A stretch of 64,000 bases of DNA, from NCBI RefSeq assembly GCF_009914755.1, contig NC_060947.1. One strand, written 5' to 3'. How positions within the stretch are numbered: the first letter of the stretch is position 1; the number at the start of each line of letters is the position of its first letter. The notes beneath the pieces were generated by a model that ran no database searches, was not told the origin of the DNA, and saw only the letters and a list, made by a program, of their open reading frames with translations. Shown here in pieces: positions 41,339 through 57,561 of the stretch. Source of the stretch: the human T2T-CHM13v2.0 reference genome, Homo sapiens. The translations under genes were made by a program, and so were the position numbers.

Positions 41339-42310
41339 AGCCATAGCACCCAGAACTGGCTTGATAGAATCAGCTTCCCAGACAACTGATATAGATGCTT
41401 CTGGGAACTGGGGGTGGGGGACCACAAGTCCCTGGGAGTAATCAAGCCCACACTTGGGGCTTGCACCTTCTGGCCCACAATGGGCCATTTATCGGCTACC
41501 CCATAGAACTCTCTGGACATCCAGGGTTGGGAGTGGAAGATCTGGGAGAATCCTACTAGTCTTCTTTTCCAGACAAGGGCACTGAGCTCTTGAAATGCAG
41601 GGCAATTTGCAGCCCACAGCCGCAGGACCAGGCATCCAGCTCTTGAGTCCTAGAGGGGAGGTGCAAGGTTTTGTGCAAAAAGCTTGGTGTGGACTCAGAA
41701 ACCAGAAAGACCTGGGCTCAAGAGGGGGCTTCTTCTGCTCTTGGCTTTGCTGGTTTTGATGAAGAGACTCAGTTTCCTCATCTGTGAAACAGGAACAACA
41801 GGGTTAATGTGAGGGTTCCATGAGATGGCATACAGGACAGCTCTGGAACACACAGAGCCACCTTCGTCCCCATACCCTCCCTCCCATTCTGTGGCCCTTT
41901 CCACCTCACCTCACCTCACCACACAGGACTCCAGCCAGGAAGCATCATCTTCCTGGGCTCCTTCTCACACCCTTCCTTACTTCCTGGACTTTGGTGGGGA
42001 GGCAGGATGACAATGCTTCTCTGGAACATCAAGAATGAAGCTGAGTTGCCCCAGACCACACTCTTCTGAGTGCTCCCCTGGGTTCCAGAGCCTCCCCTTG
42101 CTCATTCCCTAGCCCACATCAGTTCCCTCAAAGTGCCCTCTTATCAAGAGAGCGCTGTGGGGTGCAGGCCTCATCTTTACAGAATCAATAGGTTATGTTT
42201 TGGGCTTAGGGTTTTCCATTCCTTCCCTGGGCAACCTCTGAAACAGAGCTGTCACGTGGGGCTAGGACAAGAAATAAAGGAAAGCAAACACGAGTCCTCC
42301 AAACTGACTA

Positions 42311-43008
<698 letters not shown>

Positions 43009-43139
43009 GCCAGAGATTTTGATGGATGCCAGCAGAATACCTTTCTTCTGCGGAAGCAGTAGCCATGAGGCTGGTTTCCGCCCCTCAGAGTGTTTTCCAT
43101 GCTTCCTTTTTCCTTGCTTCCCCAAATCCCTCCTTTCAA

Positions 43140-43460
43140 CTCTGACCTCGTTTGGGCTCCCTCAGAAGCAGCCTCTGAGACCTAAATTTGAGCAGAACTG
43201 GTTTATTTGGGAGGAAACGGAGTGGAGTGGAGGAGGTGAGATGGGGAGGAGAAGGATGCCACACAAGGGGCTTCTCAAGAAAGTCACTCCGCTGTGGGCC
43301 ACTGGGGCTTAATCCCTCCTGGGGGCGAGGGAGCTGAGGTGATATCTTCTAGCTCCTGTCTGATCTGTCCGGGGACTCCTCCCAGAGCCTGCAGCCCTCG
43401 AGCAAGCCCTCCAGCGGTCACCCAAGTACACATGGAAACAGTGAGCATGGGGGACATCTG
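43140..43460 (-). mobile_element. Degenerate LTR16-family LTR
   Basis: TTTGGGCTCCCTCAGAAGCAGCCTCTGAGAC...GGTTTATTTGGGAGG. Confidence 0.5.
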
Positions 43461-43727
43461 TGCAGGGCCATGCCTGTGCCTGCTGCAAGTTCTCTCTCTT
43501 CAAACCTGTCTCTCGGCTCTTGATTCACACATGATCAGCTGAGCATTCAGTTGGGACAACTGCAAGACCTCAAACTGGGCAAAAGTAACCATAATGCCCT
43601 AGATCTCGTCTGAGCTGTGGAAAAGGAATGGGAGCCGTCAATCTGCCTTGGAGAACAGTGAAAACAGCCTTGGAGACAGCCAGATTGCTCCCTCCTCTGT
43701 GTAACTAACAGATAAGACTCCTCTTTC

Positions 43728-43990
43728 TGTTGGGTGTGGTGGCTCACACTTGTAATCCCAGCACTTTCAGAGGCTGAGGCGGGTAGATCACTTGAGGTCA
43801 GGAGTTTGAGACCAGCCTGGCCAACATGCCGAAACCCCATCTCTACTAAAAATACAAAAATTAGCTGGGCGTGGTGGCGCTCGCTTGAACCCGGGAGGTG
43901 GAGGTTGCAGTAAGCCGAGATTGTGCCACTGCACTCCAGCCTGGGCAACAGAGCAAGACTCTATCTCAAAAATAAATAAATAAATAAATA
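43728..43990 (+). mobile_element. AluS with a ~45-bp right-arm deletion
   Basis: GTGGTGGCGC joined directly to TCGCTTGAACCC. Confidence 0.93.
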
Positions 43991-45094
43991 CTCCTCTCTT
44001 CCCTGTGCCTGGCCCGGAGAGGAGAAGGCCAGGCCACAAGCTGCCTCTTGCTGTCTTTTACTCTTGCTGCCTCCCCACTCAGTCCCTGCTTGTCCCCGGG
44101 TGGGAGAGTGGGCTTGGCTTCCCCTCAGCCTTCTTTTTGGCAGGCTGCAGACCTCACCTAGCTTGCTAAGCCTCCACGTTTTGTTGAGTTGAGCCTGGCT
44201 GTCATTGTTGTGGCCAAGCCTTGCCACGAGTGGTGAGGTTTGTTTTTATTTTCCGTTGCCACGGCTTCTTCTCTCCCAGGAGCAAGAGGTGCTGGGGAAG
44301 CTGTAATTTGCTAAACAGGCATTAATCTTCACATCAATCCCGAGAGGCGGGTAGAATTGCTCAGTCAAAACACACAGTGTGATTAGATGATGCTGACAGG
44401 ATAATGTGCAAGGATTTGCACCTCTCGGGCCAAGCCCTTTCTTCCCCAGGGCAGAACTTGCTGACCTTGACCTTGCCCCTGGGCTGTGGCCCACAGAAAA
44501 CGTTCTCTTTGCCAAAGGGCAGAAGAGCCAGGTGGACAGCATCGAGGGCTTCTCCACTGCTCTCCAGGCCACTGCAGTCTCTCTCCAGCCCTCCTATCTT
44601 CAACAGATCTAGAGAAAGTGGCACGGCCTGAGAGGAAGACAGACCTGGGTTTGAATCTTGCTGTCACATGTTTGCATTCAACAAATATTCATGAGTCCCC
44701 TATTCTGTCCTGGTACTTTGAGGTTCTGGGGATATAGTGATAAATGTCAGGGTTTTAGGAGAGTCAATTAATAATATTACTTTCTCCCCTTCTCTGAGCA
44801 ATCAAGAAAGGGATATGGAAGTCCAAAAGATGGGGCTCAAAATGAATGTCCTTTGTTGCAGAAAAGGCTATATTGGCAGATGTGGCTTGAGATCTGTCAC
44901 AACAATTGTCTTGCCGACACTCAATGCCGGAGTTGATCTAACCCACTCAGCTACAAGCAGGAATGAAGACCACAGGGAGCTGAGAAGTTGTGCTTTTCTG
45001 GGTGGGCTGCCTCCCAAAGGGGACCTAGAAAAGCTTGAGTTTCCTGGGCCTGGATTCTTTTCCCCAACTCATCAATCAGATAAGTTACTCTCTT

Positions 45095-45470
45095 TGTTTG
45101 GGTCCCTCCAAAATAGCTCCTGAGAGGAGGATGTGAGTAGAAGTGGGGTGTTTGGGAGAGACCTCAGGAAACACGGGGAGAGCCTATAGGGATAGGCAGT
45201 CAATAAAGGAAACGTATTGAGCAAGGTTCGACTGTGGGCAGCGGGAGCTCAATCCTGCAGGCACATTTAGGAGACACCAAAGACCTCGCATCTAGAGTTA
45301 TCCCATTCAAGGGGTGCAGGAGCCAGCTAGTTATCTCCTAACCCCCTTCAGCCCTTGATTGAGGACTGCTCCTGGGGAGCAGTCACCTCTCCACTAGCCT
45401 AACCCAGGGAGGGCGGAGCAGGCTCCAGAAGCCAGAGAAAGCCCTCAGGCCAAGAGTCACAGAGCCTGGC
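45095..45470 (-). mobile_element. Degenerate LTR16-family LTR
   Basis: TTTGGGTCCCTCCAAAATAGCTCCTGAG...GTTTGGGAG...CAATAAAGG...AGCTCAATCCTGC. Confidence 0.5.
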
Positions 45471-45847
45471 ATGCAATAGATGCTCAGGAAAGGATAATTC
45501 TCGCTCATTCCTCACTCTGCAGGTAGGTACAGGTGACCGCAGGATTTGTCCACCCTGCCACCCTTAGGGGATGAGGGTGGAGAGAGGTGATATTAATGGC
45601 AGTGGCGATGCTGACATTGGAGCTTCCCCAACCTCCAACCAACGGTGACAGTAAAGATGAGGACAGGAAGGAAAAAGGTGAGGTGATCGGAAGGAAGGAC
45701 CCCCTGCTTGTGACTGAGGGGGGACTAGAGATACTAAATGACTCTCAGGGATGCCACACTCCAGATTTCACCTCTAGCTCCTAGGCCTTCAGGTGTCTGA
45801 CCATGGCCCAAAATAGATCTTCCCTTGACATTGGAGACATCATAGAT

Positions 45848-46065
45848 GGGCACACACACATACACACAAGTATACACAAATGCAGACACATGAATGTCCA
45901 TGTTCACACACAACACTCTCACACACATATGTGTATAAATACATCTGCACACGACACACACAAATTACCCACATCCACACATACACAGCATGCTGGCATG
46001 CATATGCACACTCACACACATCCTCACACAAACATGAACACATATGCTCTCCCACACATGCTTTC
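45848..46065. repeat. Degenerate (CA)/(CACAT)-rich low-complexity tract
   Basis: ~220 bp of imperfect CA repeats. Confidence 0.85.
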
Positions 46066-46305
46066 ATGCTTTATTCTGTTGGCTACTGGGATCCAACCAG
46101 GCACTTAGGGCCTTAAAGGGCAGTCCTAGGGATGTGATCTCTTCAACAGGAATCAGGCCTCTGTCCATATGAGGGTTCATACCCTTCCTTCTACTCGTGC
46201 CTCTTGCCCTCATCACCCACCCACCCCAAGCCAATAACTAGTCAGGAGATAGTCCCTCCATGACTTTGGCTATTTCTCCCACAATCATGAGCACAGCTTG
46301 GGATG

Positions 46306-46671
46306 TGATATGGTTTGATTGTGTTCCCACCCAAATCTTGTCTTGATTTGTAGCTCCCATAACTCCCATGTGTTGTGGGAGGGACCCGGTGGGAGATAAT
46401 TGAATCATAGGAGCAGTTTCCCCCATATTGCTCTCATGGTAGTGAATAAATGTCATGAGATCTGTTGATTTTATAAGGGGTTTTCCTTTTCACTTGGCTC
46501 TCTCATTCTCTCTCTTGCCTGCCGCCATGTAAGATGTTCCTTTTGCCTTCTACTATGATTGTGAGGCCTCCCCAGCCCCATGGAACTGTGAGTTCATTAA
46601 ACCTCTTTTTCTTTATAAATTACCCAGTCTTGGGTATGTCTTTATTAGCAGTGTGAAAACGGACTAATACA
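46306..46671 (+). mobile_element. THE1C-like MaLR solo LTR
   Basis: TGATATGGTTTG...CGGACTAATACA; perfect TSD GGATG. Confidence 0.92.
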
Positions 46672-47125
46672 GGATGCCTCCCAAGTGAGGGCCTGGAACA
46701 TGACCTAGGGGCCTAGCGGTTGGGGCAACCCTCCTCCCTGGCTCAGGGGCTCTCCCTGTGCGAGGGAGAGGTGAGAACAAGACTCACGGCCAGGCGTCTC
46801 GTGGGCAGGGCTGGTGCTCCAGGCTCCAGGCCAATTCTTACTAACCAGGTCTACACTTCTCGTAGGAAAATAAGAGGTAAATGTGTCTGCCTGGGGCACT
46901 GTCCCGAACCTGTTACTGGACCATGGTAGTGGCCTCAACACCGGCAAATGGTGCGGGGCCTCTGAACATAGCCCGCCTCATCCAATGGGCCGGTCAGCCT
47001 TGCTCAGAAAGGACCTGCAGCCTCTTGTTGCCAATTTGGCTTCAGCCAAGAAATGGGCATTCTGAGGGCTGGCAATTCTGCTGACGGCCAAGGGTCAAAG
47101 GGAGAGGGACAGAGCCTGGTCATAA

Positions 47126-47489
<364 letters not shown>

Positions 47490-47871
47490 TGGTGTCCCAT
47501 CTTAAATGAGTATAGAAGAGGTCGTTTTTTTCTTAATCCAACTGTTCTAGGTTTACTTCTATGGGATGGCTGCAGTGGGCAGAAAGTAGAGGTGGAATCT
47601 AGAATGTGCCAAATTGGGCACCTCCAAGATAATGTCCATCAGCCTGGCAAAAGAGGAAGCCGCCCAGCCTGTGCACTGATCCCAGTGCTTGGATGCCTCC
47701 CAGGGAAGGGGGTTGCTCTAGCTGCTTGAATTAAACTCTACCCCCAGGGGATGCCTCCCTATCCATTCAAAGAAACTTACAATCTAAGAGCTGACCTCAA
47801 ATTAAAAACAAGAAGATCAAAGCTTTTTAAGTTCCTTTCGTTAGTCTCATCATCAAAAACCCGTTACAGGA

Positions 47872-48035
47872 TAGCTGAGCCTGGTGGCTCATGCCTGTGG
47901 TCCTAGCTACTCAGGAGGCTGAGGTGGGAGGATCACTTGAGCCCAGAAGGTCAAGGCTGCAGTGAGCCATGATCATACCACTGCACTCCAGCCTCGGTGA
48001 CAGAGTGAGACCCCAAGTCAAAAAAAAAAAAAAAA
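47872..48035 (+). mobile_element. FRAM / Alu right monomer
   Basis: TAGCTGAGCCTGGTGG...CAGAGTGAGACCCC plus poly(A). Confidence 0.88.
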
Positions 48036-48047
48036 GGTACTCAAAGG

Positions 48048-48395
48048 CAGGGGTTCCCAACCCCAGGGCTACAAACTGGTGCTGGTCTGTGGCCTGTTAG
48101 GAATCATGCTGCACAGCAGTAGGTGAGTGGCTGGTGAACGAGCATTACCGCCTGTGCGGGTCCTCTCAGATCAGCCTAGGCATTAGATTCTCTTAGCAGA
48201 GCAAACGCTACTGTGAACCGCACATGCCAGGGATCTAGGTTGCACGCTCCTCATGAGAATCTAACTAATGCTTGATGATATGAGATGGAACAGTTTCACC
48301 CCGAAACTGTTCCCATCCCCCCGCCCAACCCCGTCTGTGGAAAAGCTGTCTTCCATGAAACTGGTCCCTGGTGACCAAAAGGTTGGGGACCGCTG
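48048..48395. mobile_element. MER1B hAT-Charlie MITE
   Basis: TIRs CAGGGGTTCCCAACC...GGTTGGGGACCGCTG; 8-bp TSD CTCAAAGG/CCCAAAGG. Confidence 0.9.
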
Positions 48396-50146
48396 CCCAA
48401 AGGGAGTGGAAAGTGAGTTTAATTTTGCTGGCCAAATGCTAGGGTTGAAATCAAGGGCTGAGGGAGTTGGGGGCTACCTATCTAGATCCTGCATCCCTCA
48501 GATGGGGTAACTCTTGGTGCAAGTGCCCACCGTCTAGTGACGGGCAGAAGCATGGCCCACAGTCCACAATGGGAGCTGGCTCAATAACTTTGTTGACTGC
48601 CTTCCCATCCCTGGCCCAAGGGCCGTGGTGGGCCAGGAGGCTCTGCTTCTGCTGATGGGAGCGAAGGGTTAACTGGGCCCTCATCCTCCAGCAGGCCAGC
48701 CTGAATTTGTTTGCATGGTGGCCAAAGATTCCAAGAGCAGCAAGTGGACAAACATCTATCACTGTGTGAGCTCTTTGGAACCCTCTGCTTACCTCACATT
48801 TGCAGCTGGCCAAAGCAAGTCAATGACTAGGTCCAAGGTCAGCGCGGGAGGGCATGACCAAAGACTGGGGAAGAATTGGAGCCAATTTTGCAACCTTCAC
48901 AGGCAGTGTGGGCTGGCATCACTCAGCCTAGCGAGGAAGAGCTACTGACACTCTTCCTGGGGGGAAATGCAGGCTGTGAGCCACGACTCTAACCAGGCTG
49001 TGGGCTTATGCAGGAGGGGCCTGTGCTAGACTCATATCCCCTGCCCCAGATCAAGCATTGGGTGGGCTTGTCAAAGAGGCTTGCGGAGGGTCTGGATGGA
49101 TATTGAATGCGATATGGTGTCCCAGCATGTCACTGCCGACTGCAAGGTGAGCAGCAAAAGGACTGAAGCCTCATTCTGACTCTCCAGAACCCTCTGTGGC
49201 CTGCGGTCCTCAGTGGGTGTCCTTGTCCCAGACTAGGGACACCTAGGGCTTGTGCCAACACATGATTACTTTCACCTCTCTCTTGAAAAATGGCCCATGT
49301 TTAAGGATTCATAAAACTCAGGGAATGCATCACTGAGCCTATAACGCCGCGAAAGCCCCATGTAGAGAACTACTTAAAAAGAAGATTCATCAAACTAATT
49401 ACTTCTTCTCACACCCCCAGCCCCACCCCCGCCCCTCTTTCTGCTTGGCCTGCTCAGAAAAATGTACAGCCTCATCAGCTGGGCTGCTTTGAAGCCAAAC
49501 TCCCCAGCCCGCTTGTGGAGGACGGGCAATGAAGCACCCCAGACCTCAAGATTTCTCCGGCTTTCTGGGCAGACAAGACACTTTTTTCTGCTGATTCATC
49601 TCTTCCGGGGGCTAAGGCAAGGCCAGGGTACCTCAGGGTGGAGTGAAGGAGGGAGGGGATGGGAATATTACGATGCAGTCAGGTTCCCTGTCACCAATCT
49701 CTCTGAGGCAAACTCTACACATCCTTGTGCAGTGCCCCACACCATGTTTCCTCGGCCTGCCTCTGAGTTCACCTGCAGCAGCAGGGGACAGTTCTTGAGC
49801 TAGAGTTTGACACTCCTGGGGGCAACCTCAGCCAGTGAGGGACAGAAGTCCATGGATAAACACTTCAGCTTCACATCTGTAGTGGGTTGAATGGTGGCCT
49901 CCAAAAGATATGTCCACGTGGAAGCTGCGAATGTGATCTTATTTGGAAAAAGAGTCTTTGCAGACATAATCAAGTATCTCAAGAAGAAATCATCCTGGAT
50001 TGTCCAAGGAGGTCCTAAAGCCAATGGGAAGTGTCCTTAGAAGAGAAAAGGAGGAAGGTGCAGTTGTAGGTGGTGTGGAGCTGTGGTCCGCCCGCTCCTG
50101 CTCCTGACTCACTGCTGTTTACTCTTGCAGAAGAACAAGTCGGTCA

Positions 50147-50507
<361 letters not shown>

Positions 50508-50564
50508 AAGACTTTGAGAATCACTACAAGAAAAACTCCTTGTGGTAAAAGTTGTAAGACATGG

Positions 50565-50946
50565 CGTATTAGTCCGTTCTTGCACTGCATAAAGAAATAC
50601 CTGAGACTGGGTAATTTATAAAAAAAAGAGTTTTAATTGGCTCAGGTTCTGCAGGCTGTACAGGAAGCATGGCTGAGGAGGCCTCAGGAAACTTTCAATC
50701 ATGATGGAAGGCAAATAGGAAGCAGGCATGTCTTATGTTGCCAGAGCAGGAGGAAGAGAAAAAAGGGGGAGGTGCCACACACTGTTAAACAGCCAGATCT
50801 CATGAGAACTCACTCAATATCATGAGGACAGCAAGGGGGTAATATGCCCCCATGATCCACTCACCTCCCACCAGGCCCATCTTCCAACATTGAGGATTAC
50901 AATTCAACATGAGATTTGGGTGGGGACACAGAGCCAAACTATATTA
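50565..50946 (-). mobile_element. MSTA-like LTR within the RPS20 pseudogene
   Basis: GTATTAGTCCGTTCTTGCACTGC...GAGCCAAACTATATTA; flanks CATGG/CCTGG. Confidence 0.88.
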
Positions 50947-51136
50947 CCTGGGGTCCCTTCGAGATGAGAATCCACAAGCGACTCATTGGTTTGCACAGTC
51001 TTTCTGAGATTGTTGAGCAAATTACTTCTATCAGTATTGAGCCAGGAGTTGAGGTTGAAGTCACCATTGCAGATGCTTAAGTAAACTATTTTAATAAATT
51101 GATTGCCAGTTTTAAAAAAAAAAAAAATAAAAAAGA

Positions 51137-51440
51137 GGCCGGGCATGGTGGCTCACACCTGTAATCCCAGCACTTTGGGAGGCCGAGGCGGGCAGAACAC
51201 CTGAGGTCAGGAGTTCAAGACCAGCCTGGCCAACATGGTGAAACCCCGTCTCTACTATAATACAAAAATTAGTTGGGCATGATGGCAGGTGCCTGTAATC
51301 CCAGCTACTCAGGAGGCTGTGGCGGGAGAATCCCATGAACCTGGGAGGAGGAGGTTGCAGTGAGCCCAGATCGCACCACTGCACTCTAACCCCGGGCGAC
51401 AAGAGCAAAACTCCGTCCCAAAAAAATAAAGAACAAAAAA
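51137..51440 (+). mobile_element. AluSq-like in the pseudogene poly(A) tail
   Basis: GCGACAAGAGCAAAACTCCGTC diagnostic; AAAAAGAG on both sides. Confidence 0.93.
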
Positions 51441-51903
51441 GAGAGAGAGAAGAGAAGGGGAGAAGACACATAGGAGAAGGTCATGTGAAAACGGAAGCCA
51501 AGATTGGAGTGATGCATCTACCAGGAACACCAAGGATGGCTGACAATCGCCGGAAGCTGAGAGCTGGGCGTGGAATGGATTCTTCCTCAGAGTCTCCGAA
51601 AGGAACCGACACTGCCAACACCTCGATGTCAGACTCCTGGACTCCAGAACTGTCCGGCAATACATTTCTGTTGTTGTAAAGCCCCCAGTTGGTGACACTT
51701 TGTTACAGCATTCCTCAGTGGGATGATTCGGAGGAATGCTTAAAATAGTTCCTCAGGGGGTCCCCAATGGGATAGAGCCCCCAGTTGCCCACAGGGACAA
51801 CGAGCTCGTTTATACAACCTTGATGAGCTTTTCTCCCTTCCCTGTCTCGCTTCCCTATGGTCCTACTGGGATTTCCTAAGATCACCTCAAGTAAACCACC
51901 TGA

Positions 51904-52217
<314 letters not shown>

Positions 52218-52329
52218 CCCAAGTTATTGTCTGCTTTCGGGAGAACCCAAATTAAGGGCCCACTGCTCCATACCACTCATCCTTCATTAACCCAACCAAT
52301 CACTATTTATAAAGGAGGCAGCACAGAGA

Positions 52330-52633
52330 GTGGCTGCAATAGCCCAAATAATAGGCCCAAAGACATCCACATCCTAATTCTCAGAACCTGTGAGTGTTAT
52401 TTTACATGGCAAGAGAGACTTTGCAGATGTAATTAAGCAAAAGATTTTGAGATGGAGAGACCCTCCTGCCTTATCCACATGGGCCCAATATTATTACAAG
52501 GATCCTTTTAAGAGGAAGGTAGGAGATCAGAGTAGTGGGAGATCACATGACCTCAGAAGCAGAGGTTGAAGTAATGCAGCCACGAAGCAAGAAATACCGG
52601 CATCCTCTAGGAGCTGGAAGATGTAAAGGATGG
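52330..52633 (+). mobile_element. MLT1D-like LTR, 5' portion only
   Basis: CCCAAAGACATCCACATCCTAAT...GAACCTGTGAGTGTTA...CTAGGAGCTGGAA. Confidence 0.8.
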
Positions 52634-53025
<392 letters not shown>

Positions 53026-53426
53026 CTACTAGTAATAATTGCTATGGTCATAGCTCTGCCATCACCAGTGCCCCTGCCTTGAGCTTCCATGTGCTGGTGG
53101 ATGCTCAGCCTCCCATCTCAGAAGCCCTCCTCACGGCCCCAAAGTCACTGAGAATGGCAGCCATGCTGACTGAAAAGTCTGGGCTCCCTAGAGTCCTAGA
53201 AACCCTGCCTCAGCCCTGTGTGTAGTATAAGGGGATATAGAAGGTCCAAGATGGACTTGTGAACTGCTCCTTCTCTCTTCTCCTTCCTTCTCTGGTCAGA
53301 CACTCACCTCCTCCCTGCCCAAGGAGTCTCAGATGGGAAACCCTTGGAGAGTTGGGCTTGGAAACTACACAGCAATTCTTGCCTTTGGTAAATGAAATGC
53401 AGTTGTCGTCTCAAGAGATATTTTGG

Positions 53427-54174
<748 letters not shown>

Positions 54175-54719
54175 AGCAGGAATAAGACAACCACACCAAT
54201 GTCTCCATAAAAGGATTCCAAAGCTACAGGTGGGAGGGACTCCTTCTGTCTGGAATCAGGGAAGGCTCCGTGGAGGAAGTGGCATTCACACTGAGGGCAT
54301 GAAGAGGACAGGATGGGGATTCTGGGAGGGTATCACAGGAATGGAGGCTAAAGTGGGAATAGATTTGCAGAGCCCCAGGAGGGACTGTCCCAGGTGACCT
54401 CCAGGTGACCTTCCATGTGTCTGGTGGAATAGGGTGGGGAGGGGAGCCTTGTGAGCACTGCCCGCAATCCTGGCTTCCCACCCCTGAAAGCCCTGGCCAC
54501 GCTTCACCATGGCAGCGAGGACCCTTCACAGGCCAGCAGCTCAACAGGCAAGTGGCAGGGCTGGGTGTCAGGAGGCAGAGAGCACCCCGGATAGGCAGCT
54601 CCATTTCACCTGGAGCTGGTCTGGTTTGCAGGGGGCCAGCCATGGAGGTATTCAGGAAGGAGATGTACTGACTGGAGGAGGGAGAGGAGGGCTGAGAACA
54701 TGCCCAGGGCCCAGGTTCT

Positions 54720-55230
54720 TCTTTACTTTAGTGGAACAATCGATCTGCACAAGCTTCCTGGAGAGCAATTCAGCCACGAGTCAAAGGCTTCCAAGGTGAC
54801 CCAGCAATTGTAGAAAGTCATTGTAATGAAATAGCTGACACAGGTGAGTTCATCACAGTGTTGTTTGCATAATACTGAGCACCTTCCCTAAATGAACCAT
54901 AGGGGGTACATTTAATAAGTTACAGTATATGCATACAACAGAACACTGGGCAGCCAGTCACAGATTCATGTGGATCGAATTTTATTTAGAAAAATACAAG
55001 TCATTGTTAAGTGAATGAAGCAGTTTCTGAATTAGTTCACATGACATTTCTAATTTTGTTTAAATAAATATGTTGATATGTATATATCTGCATAGGTGAA
55101 AATCTGATCAGATGTATACCAACACGTGGCAAGGATGGTTAACTCTCAGTAGGTAGAACTTTCAATGGTTTCAATTATCACTATCTTGCTTATCACTGTT
55201 GTTGAGTTGGGGTGGGGTTTTTTTCCATTT
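54720..55230 (+). mobile_element. Degenerate L1ME fragment
   Basis: TGACCCAGCAATT...GTTCATCACAGTGTTGTTTG...TGTTAAGTGAA. Confidence 0.55.
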
Positions 55231-55244
55231 AAAGAAATATAGTT

Positions 55245-55526
55245 GACTGGGCATGGTGGCTCATGCCGTAGTCCCAGCACTTTGGGAAGCCAAGGCAGGT
55301 GCATCGTTTGAACCCCGGAGTTCAAGACCAGCCTGGGCAAACATGGTGAAAACTTTGTCTCTACAAAAAATACAAAAAAATTAGCCAGGTGTGGTGGCAC
55401 GCGCCTGTGGTCCCAGCTTACTCTCAAGGCTGAGGTGGGAGGATCACTTGAGTCTGGGAGGTGGAGGTTGCAGTGAACCAAGATCGCACCACTGCACCCC
55501 AGCCTGGGCAACAGAGCGAGAAAAGA
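55245..55526 (+). mobile_element. AluJb-like
   Basis: Perfect TSD AAAGAAATATAGTT (55231-55244, 55527-55540). Confidence 0.93.
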
Positions 55527-55574
55527 AAAGAAATATAGTTAACATGTACCGCTTTCGTAATTTTAAAAGGCAAG

Positions 55575-55885
<311 letters not shown>

Positions 55886-57199
55886 GCGAGGGTTTCTTTG
55901 CTCATATTTTCTCACCCATAATGGAACTTAGACTCTTTTATTTGGGCCTACATGAGGTTCACTGGGAGAAACACCACCATATAGAATCCTGAGAGCACTG
56001 GCTTGACAGAGTGTCTGGTCAGGGCGGCCCACAGGAGCCATGAGACAGAATCCCAGTTGTAGTGAAGGAGGGTCATTGTAGTCACCATTGTCTGAGGGGC
56101 AAGGCCAGGCCAATAAACACAGAGGGAGGCCCAAGGGCAGAAGGCAGGGGATGGAAGGAATCAAAACCATTCAGGGAAGGGGCAGGGCAGGGCACCTCGG
56201 GCTGTGATTGTCTTCACCGAGAGGCCAGAGGTCTCCATTGTTGTGCCCAGGCGGCCTGGGGAGCTGGCACCTTAAAACAGCCACGCAGGCCTGGGCACAA
56301 AGAGATGCTCAGTGATATTTGAACTTGGCATTCTCTGTAACTCCAGAGTACGAAAAAGAAGTTAACATCCGGAATCTTCCAGTGGAGGGAAGCTGTTCAG
56401 AACACAAAGCCACATTTGTGAAAAATGGGCTCGATTTGCTATTTGGAGAGCAATGAAACTGAAATCATTTCAGATTTTAAATGCCCAACATATTGGGACC
56501 CGCCCTCCGATAGATCCTCTAAATTAGTTTGAAAGCTCCCCATGCCTCACTTCAGGAGGAGATTCGCTTCTTTGCTAAAAATGTTCCTCTCCTGGGTTGG
56601 AAAACAAGAGCATCTGGGTTGGTAGGTGTCCCTGAGCCTGAGCCCTCGGTGTGCTACCAAGCAGCTTCTGCAGAGGGCTGGAGATGGAGTATGTTTTTCT
56701 TCCTCTCTTAGGTAATGAATTTGATCTAATGGGACTGTCTAAATGCCCAGATACCATGATGATAGGCACCCCATAAACACAGAGATAAACAGGTAGAGAG
56801 ATATATGGAGGCAAGAGTAATTTGCTTCTAAGTGCCTTTTCACTCGTATAAATAAAGCAAGAAAATAAAGTTGTTGGAGGCATTTGCAATACTAATGTAA
56901 GGAGGAAATTAAGCGGTAATTACAGCGTTAAGGATAAATGAAAGGCCCACATGGTTTGTGTGCATGTGTGTGCAGGGAGCAAGGGTGGGAGAGGTGAGGG
57001 GAAAGCACCAGGTTTATAGTCCCTCATGGGTCCTGAGGCCAGTGTAAATGCAGCCGTCTCCCCAAACTCCACCCAGGAGGTGGGTCATCTGCAGACAGCC
57101 CCCTCGTAGCCCACGGCTTCCTGTGTTTCCCTTCCAGAAGGCCAAAGGCCATGCTTGGGTTGGGGAGTTGGGAGGTGGGAGGGGGGATAGGCTGTTAAT

Positions 57200-57505
57200 G
57201 TCCCAGGAGCGCAAGAGCATGAGGAATTGGAGTTGGAGGACAAATAGCCCAACTTCCTGGCCTCTCAGTGGTACAATTCTGGGGTATGCTCTACACAGTC
57301 CCTAAGAACGTCCTCAACAGGATTGCACCCCAGTTGCTCCTAAGGATAATCCACTCATTAACAATCCTTTATTGGCTTTCCCCACTTCCCTGTCTTAATT
57401 CCCCACCCCCTCACAGGACTTCCTGGGACTGCCTTTCAAATAACAACTTGCACCTACATCCTTGTCTCAGGGCCTGTCTGTTTTGGGGGGACTCAAACAA
57501 AGACA
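57200..57505 (+). mobile_element. LTR16-family LTR 3' portion
   Basis: CCCCAGTTGC...TTTATTGGCTTTCC...CTTGCACCTACATCCTTGTCTCAGGG...GGGGGACTCAAACAAAGACA. Confidence 0.65.
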
Positions 57506-57561
57506 ATTTTGCATCAGCTGACCAGTGAACTGGCCAGGAAGCACAGCCTGAAGCCTGCCCA

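Noticed and set aside
45734-46116. His/Thr- and Cys/Val-rich ORFs
   Set aside because: Translation artefacts of a degenerate CA/TG tract.
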